Part shown: positions 48,279 to 64,000 of the stretch, piece by piece
Position numbering within the stretch: position 1 is the stretch's first letter
How the letters are laid out: each line of letters starts with the position of its first letter
From: the human T2T-CHM13v2.0 reference genome, Homo sapiens
DNA length: 64,000 bases
Direction: 5' to 3' (one strand)
NCBI RefSeq assembly: GCF_009914755.1
Contig: NC_060932.1
Position numbers and translations under genes: made by a program
Notes under the pieces: model-generated
The model's database searches: none
What the model saw: only the letters and a program-made list of their open reading frames with translations
Told to the model about the DNA's origin: nothing

Positions 48279-51200
48279 TATTTATTGTATTTATTTTTCC
48301 TGATTTTAAAAACATTACCTTCCCTTTTTAATAGAGGAAATTCCACAGTGGTTTTTATAAATATTGTTTTGAATTCAAGTATATATCATTCCATAATCTA
48401 GTTCCTTTTGGATTCACAAATGACATCCTTATCATCTGTGGTCTTTATATAACTGGGAATATGTCTGTAAAAATGACATATTTGTAAAAATTACAAAATA
48501 TTTTAGATCAAAGTGATCCAATTTATTTCAAATGGATTGAAATTATCAGTGACTTTAAAAAGAGTTCTGGGTACATCCTGGACCATATAAATTGCTTTGA
48601 TTTTTCTGGATTGGCTAATAAGAGGAAAATGCTTCCTTCTCAGAGGAAATCCAATCATAGCACATGTGACCCAGGCAGGCCCCACAGGATTTCGATGCTA
48701 TCTTCTTCCCATCCGTAAATACAGTTTTTAAAGTCAGGGATAAGGACATAAGCCTGAGCTTTAGGTGAAATTGAGGCTTCTCTAAAGCAAATTTCTATCA
48801 TATTGGAGTCCATGATGAACACCAAGTAGTTTCTGGAATGTTCCTGATGTGGTGGCAGCAGTCTAGGCAGATATAAAATCAGAACAGTGTGACTAGTAAA
48901 ATGCAGAGTTTTAAAATGTGGTTCCAGTGGAGATGCCTGAATGATGGTTGGGATTTGGTTCATCCTCTCCTCTACCATCAGACACTCACATAATAAACAC
49001 CATACTATAAAGAACTCTGCTTTGATCTCATTGTATGTTGACATTTTTTGTATATTTTACCAAAAAAAAAAAAAAGTAGACAGATTACACTGTTAGAATA
49101 CAGAACCCTCTCCTGGAGCAATCAGAACACCTCTATCTAGTATAGCTGTACGTTGGCAAGAAGAGTAAACTGTTATCTCCACAAAGAAGCTAAGTCTTGG
49201 TCATGGGGAATGGGCTTAGAGCTTCCCCACTGAGTCCACACCTGGGACAATAATAAAAATAAGAAGACAATGGCAACAATTGATGCCAACACCTATCGTG
49301 CATTGAGTGCTTGCTCTGTGCTAGGCATTAAGGTATTATGCTTAGCACATTACTGGATTATCTCCATGTATTCTTCCTCAAACCTGTGAGGTCAGTACTA
49401 TTGTTATTCTGAAGTTTAAGATGAGGAAACTCAGAGTTAAACTATGTGTCTTGCCCAAGGTCATTTAGGACTCCTAAGTGACTGATATTTGAAACATAGT
49501 CTATCTGATTGCAGAGCCCAAGTCCTTAACCACTAACCTCTACACAGTCCAAGGTCAATGAATGTAACTGTCATGAGCAGTAGGGGTTGGGTTAACTGCC
49601 CGATTCAGAGTCAGAAATATCAGGTCTGCTAAGAAGACAGTGGACAAAGAATACAGCAATTTCGAATGTACTCATCAATTCATTAATGATCATTTTTACA
49701 TGCTTGCTATTTGTTCAGCTAAGCTATCTCCTCTCATGAGCTCTTTAACTCATTCAGCAAACATTTGCTGAGTGCTTTATCCTGGGGATAAAAAGATAAG
49801 CAAGTCCCTGTCCCCAGAAGCTCCAGCCTAGTAGAGAAGTTGTGCTGATAGATATCAAAGAAAATCGTCACTAACCCAAGCAAACAAAGGAACAAATCAA
49901 ACCCCACCAACCCTGGGGGCTAGTTTCTTTTGGATTCTTTGGACTGCTCCCTTACCACTTACAGAGCCTGGTGTGAGAGGGAGCTTGCCTACGCCTGTGT
50001 GAGGGAAACGGATTTCTAAGCTCCTGTTGTTGATGTGTGCTGCCAAATGGTGCAGATCTGCAGGAGACGGCACTTTATTATTTGTTAGCGAGTTGTGGTT
50101 ATTCAAAGATAGACCCAGATCTTAGTTAGTGGAGGGAATGAAGACTGAAGCTGCTCTACACGAGTACTTAGCAGGAATTGGAGTTGGCAAGTGGAAAGAA
50201 GACAGGCATGTATTGACGGGCTTCCAGGTGAGACAAGCTCTGAGACAGCACAGAAATTTAAGGGGTTCTCTGGAGGGATAGAGCTGAAGGCAGGCAAAGG
50301 TTGATAGAATTTTTAGGACACTATTATTTCACACATGCTTTTAAATTACTTCCTGTATTATAATTGACTGCAATTGAATTTTTTCTCCCCGAATCTTTAG
50401 TAAATGTCTGACATGCTGGTGTTTCTTGAGGGAAGGATTGGGAAGAGCTGCTTTGAGCACCCAGGAAGCAGCAGGGAAGATGAATGCAGAAATGAGACCT
50501 GCAGCCCACATGTGGTCACAGAAACCTTGTAGAGGGGGGCTCAACTTGCCAGGCTACGATGGTGATAAGGTGTGTGGGGAGGACCAGGAGTCAGGCCAGA
50601 GCTGAGAGGGCGGAGTCACCTGCTGAAGCAGAAGCACTTCTGAAGTCTAGTTGACTGAGGTTACTCTAGAGACAACTTGGGGCAGAGGAGGCAATTTGAG
50701 CTGTAAACTAGGATCTGTGAAGCATCTGGCATGTGCCCGGCACATCAGTCACAGCAAAGTGGGAGAGAGGAACACAGATGCAGACCATTTCAGTGGGATC
50801 CAATAAGTGCAGAGAGCACAAAGGGGGTCCTTCAACAACTGCGAGGGCTCCCTGGATGAGACTGTGCCTAGGTTGGGCCTTGAAGGATGAGCCAGAGTAG
50901 CCCAACAGAGAAAAGGGGCAGAAGCATCCAGGCAAATGGAAGAGAGAAACAGAGCTACACGGGTGAGGAATAGCAAGGACTGTGGGAGGAATAGCCAGGA
51001 GCACTGCAGGGTTGAGAGTCAGCAGGGCTGTGGGAGAGATGGGAGGAGTGGGTAGAGGCCAGGTCATGGCAGGAAGGTGTGTCCTGGGGAGGTTGGCCTT
51101 CTCTCAGGCTCTGTCCCTGAACTCCCTGTAAGATGTTAAGAGCAGGACTGGGAATCTGCTACCCGGAATGCTGAGGATCATTTCCCTGTTTCTCTCTCTG

Positions 51201-51339
51201 GTTCTCTGCAAGTGTCCATTCCACTCTCTCCCACGATATCTGCATTCTCTGGTGTGCATTACATGCAGAAGGCAGAAGATTGCCAGCTAAATCTCTGTGT
51301 TTTTACCTTGGTCTCACCATCTGGCCATTGCTTGTCTCC

Positions 51340-51560
51340 TTTCCTCTTCTCCCCTCTCTCTGCTTCTCCTTTTCCTCATTCTCTTCCTCTTTTTCTCCTC
51401 CCTTCTCCTCCTCTTCTTTTTCTTCTTCTTCTTCTTCCTCCTCTTCTTCTTCTACGTCTTCTTCTTCTTCCTCTTCTTCTTCTCCTTCTCCTCCTCCCCT
51501 TCCTCCTCCTCCTCCTTCTCCTTCCTGTTCCTCTTCTGTCATTCTCTCTCCTTTCCTCCC
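51340..51560. repeat. Polypyrimidine (CTT/CCT)n trinucleotide-like tract
   Basis: Direct inspection; it produces the poly-S/L/F/E pseudo-ORFs. Confidence 0.92.
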
Positions 51561-52747
51561 CTCAACCCCACCCCACACCCTCCCTGGGAATAGGCTCTGA
51601 TTGATTCTCTGTGGGTCAAATGGACATCTGTAGTCCAGTCGACCAGGCCCAGGGTGCAGGGTCATGACTGCCTCTGCCATGCGGTTGATGAGCATGACTG
51701 CCAGGAGCCCACTTCTTGTGAATGAATGTAGGGTGGGAAGTTAAGAGGGTGTCGCAAACTGGGCAAACTCCCCAGAGCAATCTCTTCTGGAAAGGGCTGT
51801 CTCTGTTACTCCTTTGTATCTGCACATTTCATATAGTGCTGAGCACCTCTGTGTGATTCTTAGAAGCTGCAGACTGGTTGATCGATTGCAGAAGCATCTT
51901 CACATCAGGAAAGAAAACCTACCAGAGCAAGGATAATAAAATCAGTTACAAGGCAGTATTTGAGGACCACGATTTCTCAGCATCCTCAGGTAGCCCTGGA
52001 CACAGAGCAGGCTAATCGATGGATGGTCTCAATACTGCAGCTCCAGTGTTTTTCTGTCTTCATCCCTCCTGTTTTCCTGCCCTTTTACTTTCTACAGTTC
52101 AGAGTACAAACCTCCATTCTTCATTAGCACTTCACTCTGTCCCTTCCAGTCTCCCCATATCAGGGTCCTAGAGGGAAAGAAGAAAAGCAAGCAGTGGGCA
52201 GCACCACAAGACCTTAATCTGGTTTTGGCCTCAGCGCAATCTACCTCTGTGACCTTGGGCCAATTATTTGATCTCTCATAGCTTTTATTTTCTCAGCTAT
52301 TAAAAAAAAAAGAGGCTATGATGGTTTGCAGTTGTTTCCAGGAGCCTTAGGAATCTGCAGAAGTGTTTGATGGGCAGCCACAGGTAGGAAGGTTCATGAG
52401 AGACTCATTCCTAACTTCAACTGACAGGGCACCTAAGATTTTACAGTAACAGGTTTAAGATTGAGAGCTCTACTGCAAAACAGGACCAGTGGATCTCTAA
52501 GGCTCTTTTTTAATATTCCTTAAGAATTTTGTTAGGCAGCAAGGAAAGTGTTAAAAGAAGCCTTTAAAAGAGAATGGTCTGCTTTTCTCTCATATAAAAG
52601 AAATATGGAGTTCAGGGTCAGGCTGGCTGCCCCATAATATCAGCAATGACCCTGGCCTCCCTCTTCCTTCTTAATCCACCATCTTTAGCCCTGGCTTAGC
52701 ATTGGCTACTGGCTTCCATTCTCACACTTGCTATATATACATACATA

Positions 52748-53034
52748 TTTTTGAGACAGGGCCTCGCTGTATTGTCCAGGCTGGAATACAGTGGTATTAT
52801 CTCAGCTCACTGCAGCCTCTGCCTCCTGGGTTCAAGTGATTCTTTTGCCTCAGCTTCCCGAGTAGCTGGGACTAAAGGCATGAGCCACCAGGCCCGGCTA
52901 ATTTTTGTATTTTTAGTAGAGTTGGGGTTTCACCATGTTGGCCAGGCTTGTCTTAAACTCCTGACCTCACGTGATCTGCCCACCTTGGCCTCCCAAAGTG
53001 CTGGGATTACAGGCGTGAGCCACTGTGCCCGGCC
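52748..53034 (-). mobile_element. AluS/J
   Basis: Antisense Alu; flanks CTTGCTATATAT. Confidence 0.9.
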
Positions 53035-53638
53035 ACCATGCTTGCTATATATTTACTGAACACTTATCTATATGTGCTTGAATGCCCACATACACAAAAA
53101 TCCAGAGATCTCCAGGAATTTCTCCAAGCACCCTGTCCGTGAAGTTTTCTATAGGCAGAGTGAGAAATTCTCACCCCGGGGTACTTTCCTACTTTGTTTA
53201 TATCTGTCAAGCATTATGTTTAGCACATTGTGTTATATGTCATCTCTCATGTGTCACGTGGACCTGGGCTCCATGACAGTGATACCGTGTCTCACTCCTC
53301 TTTGGGTTCCTGGTGCCTAACCCTGTGCTCAGCATCCAGCAGACATGGCTGGGTGGACGGGTGAGTGAACGGATGAGTCAATGCATCATTCCGTCTTCAA
53401 CGTCCCACAGCCCGTCTCTAACAAATGAGAATTGGATTATTTGGTCACATTGGTTCCCAAGGAGGAACAGGACACAGCCGATTATCTATGGGTCTGGAGC
53501 TCCAGGAGAGGTCTGAGCTGGAGATCGATTTGGGAATCCTTGACTATATGTGCAAGTTAATTTCTGGGGCAGACTGAGATCACAGAGTGGGCCAATGGAG
53601 GAAGGGAAGGCTAGGGAACGCCTCTAGAAGTGAGTAGA

Positions 53639-54194
<556 letters not shown>

Positions 54195-56089
54195 CTATTC
54201 CCCCCACACAGCCACATTCAACTGTCACAACCACACCTCCTCCATTATAAGGTAATTTTGTATATAGCAAAAGAAATTACAACTAAAATATATAAATATA
54301 TGTAAGGCATGGAAGGCACTCTTGCTTCCATGCTGGTGTAACCTCTTGGTTACACCAGTGTTAACCAAGTGTATGCCAAGAAGCACTGATTATAGGGATT
54401 GTTAATAAATATGCTGAGAAAAACAAAACAAAACAAGAGTCTTGTGGTTAAGTGAGAACCAGGAAGTCAGAAGCAGCTGGCTGAGCCAAGGGCTGGAAGA
54501 TAGAAGCTCATAATCAAGAGCAGAAGAAGAAACTCTGGGATGCAGCCTCAGAGCATTAGAGCAGAACAGCAGCCCACAGTATAAAAACCACGACAGAGAG
54601 AAATAAGATGCTAAGAGAGCACTGGGGAGGGAGAGATGATTCACACCAGGGAGACGTAGGGCCGTTTCCCAGGTCTGCAAGCATGCCTAGCATACATTCA
54701 TATGGCGTGAATGACTTAGAGGGGATTTGAGCTGCACTTGGAAGAATGGCAGATAGGAAGGTGGGAAGGTCATTCTGGGCAGAAGAAAACATTTGAACAA
54801 TAGCTTGGAGTGTGGGGTTAGTTGTGGCCGCCAGTAGTTGGAAGTGGGAGTGTGAGGCTTTAGTCCTTGCACTCTCAGCCTCTCCCCAGGGAAGGAAGAA
54901 CTACTTTTAGGCTTGTGCTGTTTCAGGGTGCAGCCCTGGAATGAAACTGGACCTGCTTCCCATATCAATGCCAGCTTTTGACTGAGAGTGGGCTGAGTCC
55001 TGGGCCAGGCAGCCCAAATTCCCACCTGGACAAAGCAGACACCCAAACTCTCCTGGCCCGGGCCACCTGCATGGGGCCTGCTGGGCAGAGCTCGGAAACT
55101 GTGTCTCCATTGCTCTCAGCTCAGACTGTCTCCATTACGTTAAGCTGCAGGCCCCCAGGCAGGGCCCCCGCTGCTTTGTCCCTGGCTGCTCCTCTGAGCC
55201 AAGAACGACAGTGATGCCAGTGTCTCCACTGCTGCAAAGGTTCTCATTTTGTTCTGAAGGACAGTACCCCCAACGCCTGGCTGTGCGCTCTGTCACCTAT
55301 CGGATGTCTTCCGCTCAGTCCACACTGCCAGGTCAAGGGAGCAGGAGCTGCTGTGTCCTTGGTTTACAAGACTTGAGAGCTCTTCAGTAGGAGGGAGTGT
55401 ATGAAAAATACATAGTAAGGATGCCTAAGGAGAGTGCAGAAGCCCAGCACTGAGCGTCCTGGAAAGACTTCAAATAAATCTGCACATTCAACATAAAAAA
55501 TAAAACAAAAATAGACAGCTTTTCTCCAGTTCCATAGTCACCTGTGAGAGACTGATGAAGGCTAGGAGACATTCATTAAAGAGTGAGAATCATTTTCTGG
55601 GTTCCTTCAGTGGTTAATCTTTCACTTTTTGGCAGTTTCTAAGTTCATAACAGTTTTTATGTCTATGAAATCAATTACCTCAGTCTGCAAGTCCCCGTGC
55701 ACTTATTGTGAAATATAATGAAAGCGTTGATAAAGGTGTTCAGAGAAGATGAATACATCTGGTGAAATACAAATCTAGAGAAATAGGTTGGTGAACTCCT
55801 CCATCCCAGTTACTCCTTCCAGTGAGTGAATACTGCTCACGAGAGTGAATAGGTATTTCAGCAGCAAGACAAGAAGATTTCCCAGGCTGCAGTCTTGGCT
55901 CTGCTATCTATCTGATGATCATTATAGGTTGACCTATCTAACTCAGTTTCCTCATATGTCCAATGAAGACAATCACATATGCCTTAAGAGTAGTTGTGAA
56001 GATTCAGTGATATAATGGCTGTAAAGCACTTAGCACAGTGCCTGGCACAACTTATAACTCAATAACAAGAAGACAAGGAATCTAATTTT

Positions 56090-57125
<1,036 letters not shown>

Positions 57126-57276
57126 TGTTACAAAGATTATATGGCAACTCAAAGAAATTGTGTGATATGTTAAGTAAAAGCAAAAAGTTAAGACAAAATA
57201 CAGCAAAACCCGTAAGTATTTAAAATACAAAGTACATAAATGATTACAACCATGAATGAATCAGAATAAAGATGAG

Positions 57277-57600
57277 GGCTGGGTGCAAGGGCTCATGCCT
57301 GTAATCCCAGTACCTCGGGAGGCTGAGGTAGGAGGATCGCTTGAAGCCAGGAGTTTAAGACCAGCCTGGGCAACAAAGTGAGACACTGTCTCTATAAAAA
57401 AATTTTTTTAAATTTAGGCAGTCACGGTGGTTCATACCTGTAATCCCAGCACTTTGGGAGGCTGAGGCGAGAGGGAGGATTGCTTGAGCCCTGGAGTTTG
57501 AGGCTGCAGTGAATCATGATTGAGCCACTGCACTGCATTCCGGCCTGGGCAATAGAGCAAGAACTTGTCTCTTAAAAAAAAAAAAAAGAAAAAAGAAGAA
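57277..57600 (+). mobile_element. AluJ-like
   Basis: Two Alu monomers and an A-tail. Confidence 0.85.
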
Positions 57601-58453
57601 GAATAAAAATGAAAGAACAATGGAGCCATAAAAGTTGCCATATCAGTAAAATGGAGAAATTTTTTGGTCTTTTAACAAAATATTATTTAATCATTTTATT
57701 ATATTAAAAAAGATATACTGAGGCAGATTTTTTTTGTGTGTTCTGTCTTCTAGCTTGCAGGAAGTGGAGAAGGAGATAATTGCAGGTCCTTGTTTTTGAG
57801 TTCTTTTCTTCTACATTGCTAGAGAGCTTTACAGACATTAGCTCATTAATCCCCAACAATTCTTGAAGCAGACAGAGAATAATATCAGATCCCCACCTTG
57901 CTTATTCCAGCTCATTTAAAGGCATGTTGTTTTTGAATTTATTATGAGGATTTTATATGAAGGAGTTATAATCCTATTTTATGTATATACATTGTCATAT
58001 ATATATACACACACACCAAAAGAAATGGATTACACTTTAACTACCTCCTCTGAACTAGGTTATTTCTCCCCCTCTCCTATTGTTTTCTTAGCCCTTCCGA
58101 ACTAAAGCTGAGGGGTCATGTTACCTTAGCCTCCAAACAACAAAAAAACAAACACCAAGCTTGCTAAGTGCCTCTGTTGGGCTGAAATGGGAATTTCTCT
58201 TTTTGAGGTATCCTTAAGTTATCTGGACAGTAGAAACGAATGTTTGGGCAGCAGCTTATCTAGCTGATCAATGGCATTTCACTTGGCATTGGTTAGGTTC
58301 TACTTTCTCTCCCTCACAAACAGGTGAAGTCCCATGTTATGGAACAAATGATTTCTAAATAACAAATTCTGAAGAAAGCCCTTGTCACACATGCATTCCA
58401 CTTGTGCTGTCCCCTTGACTACAATTCCCTGTCCTACCTTATCTGACAAGTGA

Positions 58454-58789
<336 letters not shown>

Positions 58790-59048
58790 AGACCTAGCAT
58801 CTTTTATAACCATTTACCTTTTTCTCCTTTACTTTTCTTTGAGTACTCCCCTTCCCTACATCGTAGAGCATCTTCCTTCCTGTGCTCTCATGGTACAGAT
58901 TTCTATTTCCGTCAGTATCACCCTGTGTTGTAAAGAACATGGGCCTATGCGCTTGTCTCCTCCTCTTAGATGTGAGTTCACTGAAGAAGAGTTAAGTCAT
59001 AATCGTCTTTGAATCCCAGCACATCCTGATGATGATGATGATGATGAA

Positions 59049-59454
59049 TGTACAGGTTTGCTAGCGCTGCTGGAACAAACACAACAGACTGGGTGGCTTA
59101 AACAACAAATTTATTTTTTCACAGTTCTGGACGCTAAAAGTTCAAGAGCGGCACATTGGCAGGACTGATTTCATTCTGAGGCCCCTCCCCTTTGCTTGTA
59201 GATGGCAGTCTTTCCCACATGTTCTTCACATGGTCTTCCGTCTGTGTGCATCTGTGTCCTCATCTCCTCTTCTTACGTGACATTGGTCAGATTGGATTAG
59301 GATCCACCCACTTGACTGCATTTCACCTTGATTACCTCTTTAAAGGCCCTATTTCCAAATCTCCAAATACAGGCACATTCTGAGGTAGTGAGGATGAGGA
59401 CTTCCACATATGGAAGTAATTTGGAGGGGAGGGGGCACAATTCAGCCCATCACA
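59049..59454 (-). mobile_element. MaLR MLT1A/B-type solo LTR
   Basis: acagactgggtggcttaaacaacaaatttatt...cacagttctgga...ttcagcccatcaca. Confidence 0.85.
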
Positions 59455-59916
59455 GTGGTGATGAAGATGATGATAGCATCTACGATTTATTGAGTGCTAG
59501 CTATACTCTGAGCATTTGACTTTCTACCTGCTATCTCTTTTAGTCTTCGATAACCCTAGGTTACAATCAATACTATTGTCATTTTTGGTTTATAGATAAA
59601 GAAGGAAAAAAAGGAAGGCTTACAGAGGTGAAGTCACTTATCTAAGGTCAAAGAGCTGATGTGTAGTGAAAATGGGATTCAATCCCAAGCTATTTTGCTT
59701 CCAGAGCTACCCTCTAAATCACTCTACTCTACTACCTGGGACATAATAGGTACATAGAGCATGTTTGAAGAAAGAATGAGCAAGGAAATGAATGAAATAA
59801 TGAATACCACAGCCACGTAACATTTAGATTCAGTTGCACCACAGACTGTTGCATAGTTCTGAAAACCTACAAAAGATATACATGTAAAAGTTTGATAGAT
59901 GATTATCCTATCCTGA

Positions 59917-60268
<352 letters not shown>

Positions 60269-60384
60269 TAGAAGGGATTCTATCAAATTTAAAATTTAGC
60301 ACTTTTTGTTTAAAAAAAATAAAATGCGATTATACAATCAAAGAACATTAAAGCTGGTAGAAGTTTCACAAATCATTTGTTTCA

Positions 60385-60590
60385 GGCCAGGCACAGTTGT
60401 GCACACCTGTAGTCCCAGCTACTCAGGAGGCTGGGGCGGAAGGATCGCTTGAGCCCAGGAGTTCATGGCTATAGTGCGCTATGATCATGCCTGTGAATAG
60501 CCGCTGTTCTCCAGCCTGGGCAACATAGTGAGACCTCATTTCTAATAATTTTTTAAAAAGGTATAATAAATTAAAATTTTAAATAAAGAA
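60385..60590 (+). mobile_element. FAM (fossil Alu monomer)
   Basis: The 7SL-like gcctgtgaatagcc segment is retained in a monomer lacking the S-domain. Confidence 0.75.
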
Positions 60591-61417
60591 AAAATCATCT
60601 GGTTCAAACTCCTTTTTCTACAAATGAGGAAATAAAGGCACAGTGATAGTAGCTGGCTTGCCATTACTGTATTAGACTGGTGAAACATTATTAACTATGC
60701 ATTATTATTCTCATTATTTATCCTCACTGTGCTCCTAGGTGTGGAGTAATCAAATTAGGTTTTTCTTTGCCCCAAGATCATTGTAGAGTAGTTGGGGTGT
60801 TAGACAAATGAGGAGACAAGAGAAGATATTAAATCAGCAGTCCTTCAAAGCAACCCACCAAGTTCCATTTTCCTATTTGTCATTTTTCCCCACTGCAACT
60901 CACCCAAAGTAGAGAAAGGAGTATTTTATTTCATAAACTGGCTGAGAGGAGTATTCCTTAACCATGGTTAAGGAAAAGCAAAATTCTGCAAAATTCCCAG
61001 GAAGATTAAGTATGTCACGGGATGGTGACAGGGAACTGACCTGTGTTCATAGCTACACAGCTTTTGGCATCATCTGCTGGGATGCTGGGCCCTGCAAGCA
61101 GAATCTTGGAAAATCACAAATAGAGACAAAAAGAAATTGTTTAGCCCAACTTCCTCAGATGAGAAAATGAAGTTGCAGTAGGTAAAGTGACTAACTCAGG
61201 ATCAATCAGCCAATTAGTGAGAATATTGGAAACAATGGGCCTCTTCCACAGATAAATTGGGCAGGTTTTGTAAAGTTTCACTCACACCCAGCAACTTCCA
61301 TAAAGTCAGGCAGTGTTTTCCAAAATGTACTCTGCATACCACTAATGGTTACACAAGACCTCTTTAGCTCTTTTTAAAAAGCAAGCCAACATTTTTTTCT
61401 TTTAATAGTTATGTATT

Positions 61418-62600
<1,183 letters not shown>

Positions 62601-63079
62601 AGAGTCTTAATAACAAATTTTATACAAAAATACTCTAGGTTAAAAAAACAGTGAGTTGATTTTTTAAAATACACTCAATAAATAATATTATAGACACAAT
62701 GCTATGATAATATTGCAAAAAACATGAAGCGGTAGAATGCAAAATATTAAGGTGTGGGACACACTGAACAGGGATAATTCTCTCCTTTTTATAGATTCAT
62801 GAATGGGTGGTGCATGGAGAGGACATGGGATTTGCTCATGAAGAGGATGAAAATATTTTTACATATAGTTCAGGGATTTGGCCTTACACTGTAGCAACCC
62901 TATTCCACAAACACTAGGCCTGCTTGCTGTTTGACTGGTCATGGAGTTTTGATGATTTTGGGGTTGCCATCAAACAGAGCTTTCTCCTCCTTTCAATAAA
63001 TATTGTAAATACATTGTGAGAACAGCAGTTGTCTTAACATTTTATTGACGTACTTACATGTTTAGTGCTGAAATGATAA

Positions 63080-63452
<373 letters not shown>

Positions 63453-64000
63453 AGATCCTGGTCTTTTATCTGAAAATTGGCAGATTGGACAGCAACCAGT
63501 CTACACTTGTTCTCTAGAGCTGCTGTTCTGACATGTTTACTGCGAACAAATACATTTTGTTTTTATAGGGTGAATAATATCCTGAAATGGCACCTTAGGC
63601 TTCTCATTGCCCAATTTAAGCCAGTCCAACATATCCTCAGCCTTTAATTCCTTTCTTTATTTTAAATGTCTCATTAAGTCCTCAAAATTCACAAAGTTGA
63701 GTAATGAATGAAGGTAAGGCTTTTCATGGAGATTTTCTGTGGCTGTTGTTGTTGTTCACAGAGTTCTCACCTTAAAGATTTGTATCTGGAACATTTGTAA
63801 TCAACTAGCAGAGGCTTAATCCCCCTTCAGAGGAGGATCAAGCATTAATCTTCAGATTTCAAGTGTGTGGGTCCCAAACTCTGGGCCCGGAATCCTTAGT
63901 CCAGTTGCCAGAGGTCCACGGGTAATCCATGAAACCTCCCACTCTTATAGCATGTAGTAATGTTTTCTCTGAGACACTCTGTCAAAGGAGAATTCCAAAA

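Noticed and set aside
51212-51695. Poly-Leu/Ser/Phe/Glu ORFs
   Set aside because: Products of the (CTT/CCT)n low-complexity tract.

Overview
Human (primate) euchromatic, repeat-rich, essentially intergenic DNA with no intact protein-coding gene visible. It carries three retrocopies. The first is a DUXA double-homeobox processed pseudogene (minus strand, ~5772-6780). The second, head-to-head and ~1.75 kb away, is a nearly intact NACA processed pseudogene (plus strand, 8537-9381) broken only by a 1-bp deletion. The third is a full-length 7SL RNA pseudogene (minus strand, ~37345-37643). From recognition of the NACA+DUXA pair I infer chr8q22.3 (NACA4P/NACAP1 and DUXAP2, upstream of GRHL2); this is not database-checked. 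The rest is ~30 Alu/FLAM/FRAM/FAM copies, a full-length Tigger1 nested in old L1s, L2/MIR, ERVL/MaLR solo LTRs, hAT MITEs, a 39-bp VNTR and microsatellites. Most ORFs in the track are Alu or low-complexity artefacts. The most notable observations are the single-frameshift NACA retrocopy with parental promoter-like motifs, a young AluYg6 carrying an AluYa5-type tract, a ~150-bp templated insertion copied from 1.6 kb away, nested insertion chronologies, several perfect hairpins and a possible highly decayed Gypsy pol remnant. I found no convincing new multi-gene system.
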